The translations under genes were made by a program, and so were the position numbers. A DNA stretch of 64,000 nt from Picochlorum sp. SENEW3 (Eukaryota): NCBI GenBank assembly GCA_034226945.1, contig CP120463.1:310001-374000 (forward strand), read 5' to 3'. The notes under the pieces were generated by a model. That model saw only the letters and a program-made list of their open reading frames with translations. It searched no databases and had not been told where the DNA came from. Of the stretch, positions 13,108 to 24,639 are shown in pieces; the first letter of the stretch is position 1, and each line of letters begins with the position of its first letter.

Positions 13108-13458
13108 ATACCCATATTATGTAAAAGTGATCTTGAAAGTATATATATATATATACAGGCGTGGCTGCCTCGTAGTTTGTTGAAAACAACCTCCTGTTGT
13201 ATGCAGGCAGGCCACTGCAGTGGCATTCCTCTCAAGCTTGCTTGCATCCCATGGGATTGGCCAAGGAGGGATTGATTTGATCTTTGGGCCATCTGGTGGA
13301 TGAATAGTAGGACGACACGACACACAATTCTATATCCATTTTGTAATATATTAATAAATATCAGATGATGCCTGTTTTTAAGTAGGCAACAAAGGAAAAA
13401 AAATTCAAAGTGCGTCGATCAAATTTCAAATTCCAGTTGGACACGAGCGACCTATACA

Positions 13459-13872
13459 ATGACGGATATTGGAAAACAGGCTGATACAAATGCAACTAAT
13501 CAAAATAATGGAGCAAAGAGAGAGGGTGCAAGCTCTGGGGTCGCTTCTTTAGCAGACCGTTCGAATTGTATGCATATCGAAACATCTGGAGGCCCTGTCC
13601 ATTTCTATGGCGATGTGTACATTGGTAGTGCTGGGAAAACGATAATATATAAAAAGGCTAAAAAAAGAACTAGGAGGAGGAGGAAGAAACAGAAGGCGAG
13701 ACGGGCTGCATGTACATCTGTTGCAGAGGAAGAGGCCCAGCAAGAAGAATGGGAGGCTGAGCAAGAAGAATGGGAGGCAAGGCAAGAGAGGCGACGGAGA
13801 GAAAATGAAAGTAGATCGTATCAGTGGGACATAGACGAGGGAAAATACTGTGTAACTTCAGAAGAAATCTAA
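13459..13872 (+). CDS. Hypothetical basic/acidic low-complexity protein (orphan candidate)
   Basis: ATG-started 137-aa ORF with KKAKKRTRRRRKK and a duplicated QEEWEA. No recognisable family. Confidence 0.4.
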   Translation: MTDIGKQADTNATNQNNGAKREGASSGVASLADRSNCMHIETSGGPVHFYGDVYIGSAGKTIIYKKAKKRTRRRRKKQKARRAACTSVAEEEAQQEEWEAEQEEWEARQERRRRENESRSYQWDIDEGKYCVTSEEI

Positions 13873-14320
13873 TGATGGATTAGGAGGAGGAAGGGAAAGG
13901 AACAAGGATTATGCTACTGTTGACGGATCCAGAAAGCTTTCTTTCTCTCTGGTGTATTGTTGGCAAGAAGGGGGTTTCCTCATGTGCACGTTGTAACTCT
14001 GTAAATATGACAGAAACACTCGCCGAATCTGAGCCATGGCCATTGGCCATGGCCAGCGAGTCTGATCAGTGATTATATAATATCATATATGACCAACTCA
14101 CTGATCAGTGTCACTCATGAGTGACATGGCATGTACCCAAAAACTGCCTGGAATTGAATGTAACAATTCAATTTCATAATTTTCGTCCCTACGAGATATT
14201 ATATTTTCACGTGTCAGTTGTTGTAAATACGATTCAAATCATGTACGGATGAGGACAGACTTCAAGTTGTCCCAACGACCGTCCACGTGACAGAGTCCAG
14301 GAGGGTTTCCACGCTCAAAG

Positions 14321-15736
14321 ATGTCATCTTTTTTACGTATAGTATTTATTTGCGCAATACTATTCGCTGCTGAGCGAATACACGCGCAACCCATGAAGAA
14401 GAGGGAACGCAGGTCATATTCTTGTACCACATTTGTCTCTACAATTTGCGCTATTTCTGTTTCTAAAATAAAGCGGGAACACTGTGAATCGTGCAAATTC
14501 GATGTTCAATCATTGTTCAAGTGTCCAATCGTCGCTGGGGGATATTATGCGTACAGGACAGGCCAATCAGAAGGGGGTGGTTGTAACCAAGGTGCCTTTA
14601 TGGCTCACGGAAGAATTGATCCTCCTCTGTGCGGAGATCGTTGCTGTAGAACTGATCACCATGGAGAATTCAAACTGGTGGGTGCAAGTAATAAGACCAC
14701 TTCGAGAGAAGATATGTACTCATCAAGTTTGATGAGCTCGATGGACAGCAATCCAGCAAAATGGCAGTTCCAGCCCTCCCACAAGAAATGCAGGTATACT
14801 GAAATCAATAGGGGACAAGTGATGCGGCTGTTATCAAAATCAAAGTCAATTGTGGTTATCGGTGATTCGACCATGCGGCAGTTATATTTACGGCTGATTG
14901 CCATGATGAGAGGACAAAAGAGAATGCTTGATCTCCATGTACATACTCACATTCAATACTTTGTCTGCCGAGAAGTCGACTTTTTACGCCTTTCAACGAA
15001 TAGAGGAGATAAAGAAGCATCGCCTAGCGACTCGTGGTTTCTGAAGCACATCATCTCGGCATTCTTTTCCATGGAGATTGGACCGGGCAGGGAAGATGCT
15101 GCCAGAGTGTTATCCGAATGCTCCACCACTCGTGGGGCCAACCAGTCATCATCATTGAGCCAAATAAACTATATGCAAGCACCACTCTATATGGCCCAGG
15201 CTGAGATGCTTCAAACGTACATCAAAAGCCAGAAACAAGCTGATGCAAAGCCAATCTGTGTAGTATCTGTTGGCTTTCGGCAGTCAGGATCTGATGTACC
15301 TGCTGCATATTTACAAACACTAAGGGATGTAGAGGATAAAGTATCAAGAATTGTATATATTGGAGTCCCGACAGTAGACGTGCGCAATCAGGCACAGAAA
15401 AAGGAGCTTGTGAAAAGAAACGAATTCATGAAGGGATGGATTGATGGGCAGACCAATGGAAAGTATCTTTATGTCGATGTTGACGCCCTTGCATCAGCAC
15501 CCAATGCTCCTCGTGGGACAAAAGGATCAAAACATTACCAATGCTGGATAGAGTGGACATCATCCCAGTTTCCATTTGGCACTGACAATCCCTCAGGCAT
15601 GAGCCAATTTCACGGCAAAATTGAAAAAATTCACCCAGATGTTCAGGGTGAATGTGCAGATGAAATGAATAGAAACATATGGCAAATCATTTTGAACAGT
15701 CTGTATAGTAGGTTGAATAACGGAGAAGCATCCTAG
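14321..15736 (+). CDS. Secreted/Golgi SGNH-hydrolase (TBL/PC-esterase-like) protein, possible polysaccharide O-acyltransferase or esterase
   Basis: N-terminal signal or anchor, Cys-rich region, 'WQFQP…CRY' followed by 'IVVIGDSTMRQ' (GDS), and a C-terminal 'HYQC' His motif. Confidence 0.65.
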   Translation: MSSFLRIVFICAILFAAERIHAQPMKKRERRSYSCTTFVSTICAISVSKIKREHCESCKFDVQSLFKCPIVAGGYYAYRTGQSEGGGCNQGAFMAHGRIDPPLCGDRCCRTDHHGEFKLVGASNKTTSREDMYSSSLMSSMDSNPAKWQFQPSHKKCRYTEINRGQVMRLLSKSKSIVVIGDSTMRQLYLRLIAMMRGQKRMLDLHVHTHIQYFVCREVDFLRLSTNRGDKEASPSDSWFLKHIISAFFSMEIGPGREDAARVLSECSTTRGANQSSSLSQINYMQAPLYMAQAEMLQTYIKSQKQADAKPICVVSVGFRQSGSDVPAAYLQTLRDVEDKVSRIVYIGVPTVDVRNQAQKKELVKRNEFMKGWIDGQTNGKYLYVDVDALASAPNAPRGTKGSKHYQCWIEWTSSQFPFGTDNPSGMSQFHGKIEKIHPDVQGECADEMNRNIWQIILNSLYSRLNNGEAS

Positions 15737-15969
15737 GAATGGGTGTCCTGCATGCAATAAGGCAGCATCTCTCTATTGTTGTGCTTTTTTTTAATCATTC
15801 CAATCAAGGTACAAAGGCTCATGAGTACCTCATGGCACCCTCAAAGAAACAGATCTTTATTCCATTGTAAAAACATAATGATCAATCTTTTTGTCCAGTG
15901 ATTTATTTGCATAGTTGCTTGAATTGCCGAACGGTTGGCGAATGACTCTGGCGACACTCTCGTACGATC

Positions 15970-17346
15970 ATGGTCCTGACAAGGCGTCAGGAGGCATTAT
16001 TGAAGAAACAATATAAAATAGTTGATTCAGAAGACGAGCCATCGACTCCTAGAGCTGCTAGACATTCCATCAGTGAGCAGCATACCGGTCTTCGTTCAGC
16101 CTTGAAAAAATATCACACTGATCGCCCCTGGGAGGAAAGAGAACGTAGAATGATGAATAATTTACCTACAGTTGACACGAATAAGCATGTCACGATAGAG
16201 AGTGATAAGAATGTCGTGTTTGAGTTTGAAACGAGTCAAGATGGAGACAGTGACTTGTCCTCTGTGAAACGGCAGTTACACATGGAGAATGACGATGAGG
16301 GCGTTGAATACGGCTCTGTTGAATCTAGATCTAATAAGAAGGCGAGGCAGGTGTTTGGGGATGGTGTCATGGCGTTTCTCATGTTGTCGTTATGGTCAAT
16401 ATCAAGCTCTTGGTTGACAGTTGTAATGCAGACGGTGCTAAGTCAGCCGCGGCTGAGTCTTCCCCTCATGGTGCCAGGGTTGAGTCAGTTGGGTTGTGTA
16501 GTCGTTGTTATTGTACTTGCCAAAATGAGGGTTATCAAGGTGAATCCGATGCCCCCCAGGGCAGAGTATGTGAGGAAGATTGTCCCTCTAGGACTGGCCA
16601 CATGCACGTGCATGTTTTTGGGGAATTATGCGTATATTGGGCTGTCGCTGTCCTTTATTAGTATTCTGAAGGCGTTAACTCCCGCAGTGACTCTGATTTT
16701 GGCGGTCATGTGGGGCATGGAAAAGATGTCTGGCGTTGCATTTGTGTCCACACTCTTGATTGCGTATGGAACGGGGACAGCAACAGTTGATGAGACAAAC
16801 AAAGAGGCCGATTTTCACTGGCCTTCTTTCATTTCATTTACAACGAGTATAATATTTGAGGCATCCAGAGTGGTGTTTGTGTCTAAAGCGTTGAAAGATA
16901 CCAAGTATAGTTCGTTTGATTTGTTGGCAGGGGTTGGTCCTCTGATCTTTGCGGTGTTGTCATCTCTGTCTCTTGTCATGGAATGGGATACGCTTGTGGA
17001 TTTGACCTCGGCTGAGGTTATGTATCTTGCATATATGATGGTGCTGATCGTTTTGCTCAGCTTTTTGGTCAATATCTCCACGTATGCCGCAATTAAATAC
17101 TCTAGCAGTACAACAGTCAAAGTTGTTGGTACGTGTGCAATGTATCGCATGAGTAGTGCAAGAGTGGAATGCTGATATGATTGGTATTGCGATGTAGGTT
17201 GCTTGAAGAATGCCTTGTTGATGTGGTTTGGTATTCTCTTTCAAGGTGATATTGTGTCAAAGACACAATGGCAAGGGTTTGCCCTGTCTACCGGGGGATT
17301 CTTGCTGTATGCATATGCCAGAAAGGAGCAGCAGCAGAAAAAGTAA
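15970..17346 (+). CDS. Nucleotide-sugar/TPT-family transporter, 2 exons
   Basis: Motifs 'GNYAYIGLSLSFISILKALTP' and 'SSTTVKVVG|CLKNAL'. Intron 17129-17197; multiple TM helices. Confidence 0.85.
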
Positions 17347-17519
17347 AGGTTTTTCCTCATTGTATTGTATTTATTTGATCTCGACGTATGTTCTTGGATT
17401 CGTTTACAATAGCAATAATGTGAGATACACGTGGTGTCCATGTCCATGTCATCAGATCAGTCCTCTTTGTTTGTGAGTTTCAACCCACATGATGGGATCT
17501 TTTATATTCAAGAGAATAG

Positions 17520-20082
17520 TCACCCTGTGATCCAATATCGCACTCCATCGTTTGATTTTTGATTCAGTGTCTTGAGAAAGGATTCCCTGATAGTTTCTGA
17601 ACTGTATGTAGTCCAATCAATTGTATTGTTCTTGACTTCTGCATCAGTCCTGCTGATCTCCAGCCATGAAATCATCTTTATATTTGGGAATGCTTTTCTG
17701 GTTGACGTGAATCCATCCAAACTGAATACTTGCTTCCACCAAGCACTTTTGATGTCAAATTCGTGCTGAGAGTTGATCCATCCTTCCTTAATATTGGCCA
17801 CGCATGCCTCTGTTTTCTTGTCATTATCACAAAGATTATACATGGCAGCAGTCTCGGTGATGACCATGGCAATGTCCTTTTCCTCCGAGTACGTTTTGTA
17901 TATACTTGATGTCTCTTCAGTACCGCCTCCAAGAAGAGAGTCATAGAAGTATTCATCGCCAGGTATCTCGTTTTCACCCCATGGGTAGGCCTTGCCCCAC
18001 CAAGACAGTGCGGCACCTATCCAGTCAACATAGAGGTCTCCTGGCCAGTATGGTGAATACATGTCATCTAAATACGTGAATTCACCGTCTCCATTGGTAT
18101 CAAGGAGTTTACAATCACGTGATGTTGATCCTTTGTCACATTGCGGTGCATATTGCCCAGCAGGATATGGATACCCTAGCCCAACAACAGGAGCCCACAT
18201 CATCGTGGCATTCTCAGTGCCTGACCGAAGTGCGTCTGATATCAACCTAAATTTATCGATATATTGAGTCGGTGACTGGCCCCAGGGGAACCATGACCCA
18301 TTCATATCAGGAGCAAATCTCACAATGAAGGTGAGTCCACTCTTCTCATACTTCCGAATGGTGGACACAAAGTCCTTTATTGCGGCCGTGGTAACTGTAC
18401 CCAGGCCTTCGAATGGTTGAACAGTGATCACAATGGGAGGACTGCCGGGTAGATTTGAGAAAATCTTTTGCATTGTTGCCTTGTCAAATTCTGTCAAAGG
18501 AAGGTAGGTGTACAGAGTGTAGCTACATCAAGACATGAGAATGTGCACCTGGTAAGTCCTATATAGATATACATACTAGTCACACACAGACAACTCACCT
18601 TTTTGGAGTATATCCGATTTTGTTGGGGATGGCTTTTGAGGAGAAATTCCAAGATAGCCATTCAACAGAAGTTCCCACCAACACACCATCACTCTCAACC
18701 ACTCTATCGACCCTTGAACCAAACGATTGGGTTTTTTTAGCCTTATCTGTAATCCAATATTCTTTGCCATCTTCTGTTTTCAATGAAATTTGAGCAATGA
18801 ACGCATCTTTCAGGTCCTGATCTGCATATGTGGTCCAATCAATCGTGTTGCCCCCTGCTTCTTGCTCTTCCTTTCTGACATTAAACCATGATATCATTCT
18901 AATATTTGGAAACATTTCTCGAGTTGAAGTAGAGCCTTCAAGGCTGAAAACTTGGTCCCACCAGGTAGATTTGATATCAAATTCAAATTCAGGATTAATC
19001 AAACCATCAGGGATATTGACTTTGCATGCTTCTGTGTCTGGGTCCTTATCGCACAGGTTATATAGTGCACTTGTTTCAGTAATGATCATGGCAATATTCT
19101 TCTTCTCCGAGTATGTGAAGTAAAAGTCTGGGACAGGCTCTCCAGTTTCCTGCTTGATATTGCCCACCAATGTGTCATAAAAAAATTGTGGGGAGGGCAT
19201 CTCATTCTCACCCCAAGGATACACCGTGCCCCACCAGTATAACGATGAGCCTACCCAGTCGACATAATCATCTCCGGGCCAATATGGGGAGAACATATCA
19301 TCTGCGGCGGTCAAATTTCCATCGCGATTAGTGTCAAGCAAGGTGCAATCTGTGGATGTCTCCCCTTGGTTGCATTTCGCCTCATATTTCCCGTACTTAT
19401 ACGGGTAGCCTATGCCTAAATTTGGAGCCCACAGCATGGTCGCATACTGAGTTCCAGCGTGCAAAGCCTCTGAGAAGAGACGGAACTTCTCAATGAATAA
19501 TGTGGGCTTCTGGCACCAAGGATACCAAGACCCATTCATTTCGTGAGCGAAACGAACGATAAATGTCACACCGCGATCTTCCCACTTCTTCAGGATCTTA
19601 ATTGTCTCCTGCACAACGTCCTCAGTCACGGCCTCAAGGCCTTCATATGGTTCTGGAGTTAGAATGACTGTTTGCTTTTTAGCACCCATGGATGGAAAAA
19701 TCTGGGACATCACCCATAAGTCATCTTTAGTGAATGGAATTACCGTAAATAACACATATCTACATATAATATCATGATTATAATCGTTATAACAAACGTC
19801 AATGTAATTAGATGAGTTACAGGAAGCAAGCAAACCAACCACATATCACAGCTCTTGGTTTCATCACAAGATCAAGCATTACTCAACGTACGCTCGTGGA
19901 CCGAACCCAAACACGTCTGGAATATGTCGTGTACTGTAGTTCCAATCACTCCATTCGACAGCTGCTCCAACCTGCACCCCATACTCTCCGACAACCCGCT
20001 CAACCCTTGAGCTGAAAGCAGACACCAAGCGTGCTCGAATACAGAGAAGACACAGCCAGAAAATTGCAACAGGCCTATTCAT
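17520..20082 (-). CDS. Secreted glycoside hydrolase with two tandem GH26-like (beta-mannanase/glucanase) domains, 3 exons
   Basis: Exons 20082-19892, 19759-18599 and 18522-17520 splice in frame; signal peptide present. Domain 1: 'VRFAHEMNGSWYPW', 'YWPGDDYVDWVG', 'IITETSA'. Domain 2: 'VRFAPDMNGSWFPW', 'YWPGDLYVDWIG', 'VITETAA'. Confidence 0.85.
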
Positions 20083-20878
20083 AGGACTCTTTACACCCAA
20101 TATTTAAACATATATTAAAACAATATCGACTGATATTCCCTATATAGGGACACATATATATGTGACAAAAGCGCTACACCGGTAGTTGATATCTGCACGG
20201 TGTTCTGCGAACGTAGCTGTACGGGTGATAAGCACGCCTCACCTTCAATATATTGCTACGGTATTCCTAAAGAACGTATCTTTTGATGAACCATACACAT
20301 CATCGGCGACCGGCGCGAGTAGAAAATCGTCCGGGGGCATAATGCTGAGTCAGACTGGCGTACGCGTATTTGATTGATTCGACATATATATATATGGGCA
20401 TATATGCCGCGGCATCCCACTTGCCCAAGGACATGTGCACGTACAGGATGTCCAGTTGTTTACGTGTATCAGTGATCCGATCCCATGTGTATATGTAATA
20501 TGGGCCCCCCATTCCGTGGATATATCCATGTCCAGGTATGGAGACAGCCTGCTATCAGTCTGATGCCTGCCTGCTGAACTCATGGATTCGAGAGAATGTG
20601 CGACAATTAGATACATGTATCTGTGCTGCTTGTTAAGGATTGGGATCATATGCCTATGCATAATAAGTACAATCGATGGGATGCGTATCCATCGGTGGAT
20701 TTCGCGCTGTAAAGTTTAAAATCATACCATGGTATGATACCCTAGGTCGACTGCTAGGGTTTCCATTGGCTCTGTCAGCAGGGTTCCATCACCCCTCTTG
20801 ATGGCTGCGTCAATACCAATCAGCACTCATTCGAAAAAAATATTGATATTTGATTTAATAAGAATTTTGTAAAAAATC

Positions 20879-21297
20879 ATGGTGAAGCAGAAAGGAGCAT
20901 TACCCCCGACAAAATTGACGCCTTACATGGCAAATGTGTACAGGGCCTTGTTCCTCATTGGCATCATCGGGATCATTGTTGGTTGCTGTGGAATAGCAGT
21001 TCTTCTAGGTATGTTGTTCTTTAATCGTATGCGCACGAGTATCTTCTATTTGCCAAACGTGGACGACTCACATCACGTGACTATGTTGACTTTGCAGATG
21101 TGGAAAATAAAAAGAAATGGTACTCTCATACTCTATTCGCAGAGTATTGGACGTATTTTACTGAGAAGAATGCCATGCTCACGAATATTTGCGTCAATGG
21201 TGGTGTGCTGGCAATTGTCACAAGCTTTTTGAGACTCCAGGCACACTCTCGTGCACTGGCTTTAGAATCAACAGAGGATTCCAAAAAGAAGAAGTAA
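20879..21297 (+). CDS. Small two-TM membrane protein with C-terminal KKKK, 2 exons
   Basis: Intron 21009-21097 joins MVKQKG…IAVLL to DVENKKKW…STEDSKKKK*. The di-lysine C-terminus resembles an ER retrieval signal. Confidence 0.6.
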
Positions 21298-21380
21298 TGT
21301 ATGGTAGTATTACATATTCATGAAAAAATTCTACAACTAGATGGCTCCTAATCACGAGCACACTGTATTACTAGGTTGAC

Positions 21381-23255
21381 CTAAACATCCACAGTTGAAA
21401 GCTCATGTTGAGCTTGTTTCAACATGTCCAACTTGGCCGTCAATGTTTGGCGTCTCTTGGCAACAGCATCATCCTCTCCCAACATTCTCTTCAGCTGGAC
21501 TTCCTGCTGACCTGCCACAGTTGCCTGAAGTTTCTCCAACAAGTGCTCTTTTGATGGAATCACCATGCAATGGACAATTGCTTTTGGCACAGACTGGATC
21601 ATCTGAGTGCAGATTTCCCTCACATACCCAGAAACTTGATTGATAATGCGCTTATAGTGCCTTTCCTCTGGGCTTCCCTCTGGCTCTTCAGTGACTGGTC
21701 GACCATCTAATGTATACATGACCTTTCCATCAGGCATTCTGCCCATCTGAATGGTTCTGAAATATTCTGCTGTGATGTAGTTGCGCTCCATCTCCACCAT
21801 GATATTCACCATTTTGCGAGTCTCTTCTCTGAATGCATCCAAGGCAGTGTACGCAGATGTTACAATTTGTCTCTTCAGCTCTGGGTATCGTCTCAAGGCA
21901 TTGAGCTCGTCAGAATTGGCAATATTATCCACCATTCGCCTCAACAACACAAACACTTCTTCCACAGACTTTTCGGTCGGCTCTTTCAAATATCCAAGAG
22001 CTTCTTCCAACAAGCGCCTGTATCCTGCCTCTGGAGCTACCAAATGGGGCTGGATACCATCTGCTTCTTCAATCACACGCTTCACATGATTCACATCCAA
22101 CATCTTCTTGAATGGTTGCTTCTCGACAGCGTCTGGAAGACGCTTTTCAAACACAGTCAAAACCAATTCACCTCCACCTTTGCCTCCATCGATCAACTTC
22201 GCAAATGCCGTCTCAAACTTCCTGGCAATTGTCAAAACTGCATGAACCATCTCACCTCGGCCAGTGGCTGCAGGTCCACCAAGACCTTCCAGCTCTTTGT
22301 TCAAGTCCATGATAGATTTGTTCAAAAATCCAGAAATATTTGGCAACTGTCTCCTCACAGATGCAATCAATTTCTCAGACAAATCACAGGACAAGTAGTC
22401 TGTTCCGACATTTTCCATTGACCTATACTCATCTTTTCCCTTGAAGAACTCCATCTCCTTTGCACGAGCTCGATTCATATCCATCTTGCTATCAATATCC
22501 CTTTGCCCTCTGTTCACAACACCAATCCACCCATTCCTCAGCACATAGGAGTTCCCATTCAACACATCCGCACAATTGGTCCCAGGATCCATAATATCAA
22601 TCTTGGTCAATACACCAATCGTACGTTCTCCAGTTGGATCCACCTCACGTGCCAACCGCAGTGCATCTGACGTTGCTAAATCTGCATTGGCAGGTGTCAC
22701 AGCAAGAATAATGACATTCTCATGCTTCACATAATCCCTCGCCATAGATTCCAACTCCTGAACAATACTCTTCGGCTGACCATCGATGGCCACCTTTGTA
22801 ATACCAGGCATATCTACCATGGACAAGGCAGGCAAGTGAGGGGACACGATACGGAGTGTCATTGGAACTGGGGACACAATGGTCCCTCTCTTCTGTGTAT
22901 GCCTCCTCGTCTCCTCCTCAATCTCCTTCCGTATCTCTTCAAAATCATAAAACTTCTGCCCAGGCAAATGTCCAAACTCTCCATACTCTTGCGCATCCTT
23001 GTCCGTCGCTGTCTCCAACTGAAGCTCCAGTGGCCTTCGTGTCACAATACCAGTTCCACGGGGAAGGAAATCCCTCCCCACCACAGCCTCAAGCACTGAC
23101 GATTTTCCTGAACTCTGCCCTCCAACAACAACAATTTTGGGTAATTGCCTTGCCAAAGAAGGAAGAGCCCCGCCCTTTTCATTTCCAACTTGGGTATCCC
23201 CTGCCAAGGCAGCAATTTGAGACACCCTATTCACAGCTTTCAATACCGAGTCCAT
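21381..23255 (-). CDS. DRP1: Dynamin-related protein 1 (phragmoplastin-like DRP1)
   Basis: GGQSSGKSS, LPRGTGIVTRRP, DMPG and TKID motifs; middle domain 'EADGIQPHLVAPE'; GED 'VPKAIVHCMV'; no PH domain. Confidence 0.95.
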   Translation of the reverse strand: MDSVLKAVNRVSQIAALAGDTQVGNEKGGALPSLARQLPKIVVVGGQSSGKSSVLEAVVGRDFLPRGTGIVTRRPLELQLETATDKDAQEYGEFGHLPGQKFYDFEEIRKEIEEETRRHTQKRGTIVSPVPMTLRIVSPHLPALSMVDMPGITKVAIDGQPKSIVQELESMARDYVKHENVIILAVTPANADLATSDALRLAREVDPTGERTIGVLTKIDIMDPGTNCADVLNGNSYVLRNGWIGVVNRGQRDIDSKMDMNRARAKEMEFFKGKDEYRSMENVGTDYLSCDLSEKLIASVRRQLPNISGFLNKSIMDLNKELEGLGGPAATGRGEMVHAVLTIARKFETAFAKLIDGGKGGGELVLTVFEKRLPDAVEKQPFKKMLDVNHVKRVIEEADGIQPHLVAPEAGYRRLLEEALGYLKEPTEKSVEEVFVLLRRMVDNIANSDELNALRRYPELKRQIVTSAYTALDAFREETRKMVNIMVEMERNYITAEYFRTIQMGRMPDGKVMYTLDGRPVTEEPEGSPEERHYKRIINQVSGYVREICTQMIQSVPKAIVHCMVIPSKEHLLEKLQATVAGQQEVQLKRMLGEDDAVAKRRQTLTAKLDMLKQAQHELSTVDV

Positions 23256-23707
23256 TCTTCCTCGACTGAAATACTTTCTAAAGTGATACTAGGAGTTTTA
23301 CTTGTATTCTATATACGCGGATAGGTGTCTTTGTAACCTCGTCCTATCGATCGTTCGATCACGTGCGTGGGACAAATTCGTCGCTCTGAATCCCAGGTAC
23401 AGATCTTCTTCCTTTACCTTTTAGTTTTCAGAAATATACGTTGACTCTTCCTGTACGTCGAGCGAATACTATCTTAAAGAATGGATTTGGAACAAGGACT
23501 GAACAGGTGCGGGTTTCTTTCATGGCATGAAGACGACAAAACCACGCGTTTATTGTCGCATCTCTACCTTCTGCACAGGGTCCTATCAAATGGTCTTTCC
23601 AATCGGTGTACTGTTTTGATGTAAGTACACCCTGAAATTGGTGGTCTATAGCACCTCATCACTCATCAGAGAATACTTCATATCATTTTGATTGAGTGGA
23701 TCTGTTG

Positions 23708-24559
23708 ATGAAGGATGGTATTTGGGCAAGGGAGGGACTAAAGGTCGTCCTGCTGCCTCCTTCTTGTTCTGGTGGGAGGCCAAGAGAGTCTCACAGCAGC
23801 CGTTTCATACGGCATTGGTGCCATGCCGATTTGAAAAGAAACGGAAATGTGTTTCTACGTGCTAGACGGATAGAAGGATGGCCTGATGCACCATGTGAGG
23901 ACTCTGCTGGTGGAGTGGACTATGGAGTACAGACCAGTAGGCTCCAGCGTCGGGCATTCATTGCCATGTCTTTGTCACTTGGAATGCTTGTCTCAGAGAA
24001 TGTGCATGCGGATGATGGCGTGCGCCGTCTGACGAGAGAACAGCGACTAGCACTTCAAAATGTTGCTGGTGCTCCAAAACAGCGTGGTGGTACCCAGGAA
24101 CCGGTAATAAAGAGGGTGCCTGCAGCGTCTGGGAGGATGCAGGCAGCTCTGCAATTATTACAAAGCGCATCTGATGACCAGGCGATGGGGGAATATCAAA
24201 GTGCTCTGGAAAAGTACAAGAGTTTGGTTTTGGAATACCCAGAATTTGAAGGGCTTGGTGAGCGAGGGAGAGTGGGACAGGCTCTGATGGAATATCAAGT
24301 CGGTACGGTGGATGCAGCTATACTGCATTTAGAAGATGAAGAGGTGGCGTTGCGAGGGTTGGCAGAGGTGCATGCCGCTCTTGCGAGTGTCCTGTATGTG
24401 GAGAGGCCAGAGAGACTGGCGTTTGCTGAACTTCAGTGGGATATCGCTAGTGAGTTTGACTCCCGATACTCATCCGTTGCGTGGGTGAAGAAGGAAAAGA
24501 AATGGCCACCAAGGATGCTTGAAGCTCTGGAATCTTTTCTTACATTGAAGAGTGGATAA
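23708..24559 (+). CDS. TPR-repeat protein, probably thylakoid-lumen targeted
   Basis: Helical TPR-like repeats, conserved-looking C-terminus 'W…WPPRMLEALESFL', and a twin-Arg 'RRAFIAMSLSLG…VHA' Tat-like signal. Confidence 0.7.
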   Translation: MKDGIWAREGLKVVLLPPSCSGGRPRESHSSRFIRHWCHADLKRNGNVFLRARRIEGWPDAPCEDSAGGVDYGVQTSRLQRRAFIAMSLSLGMLVSENVHADDGVRRLTREQRLALQNVAGAPKQRGGTQEPVIKRVPAASGRMQAALQLLQSASDDQAMGEYQSALEKYKSLVLEYPEFEGLGERGRVGQALMEYQVGTVDAAILHLEDEEVALRGLAEVHAALASVLYVERPERLAFAELQWDIASEFDSRYSSVAWVKKEKKWPPRMLEALESFLTLKSG

Positions 24560-24639
24560 ATCATCAATTATCAGACTGCAACTTTTACGAATTAATTAAT
24601 TTGTGTGGTTGAAATTTTGAAACCTGACATACCTGTGTA

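Noticed and set aside
23708..24559. TPR protein as a BcsC-like partner of the neighbouring synthase
   Set aside because: It carries a Tat-like thylakoid lumen signal, placing it in a different compartment.
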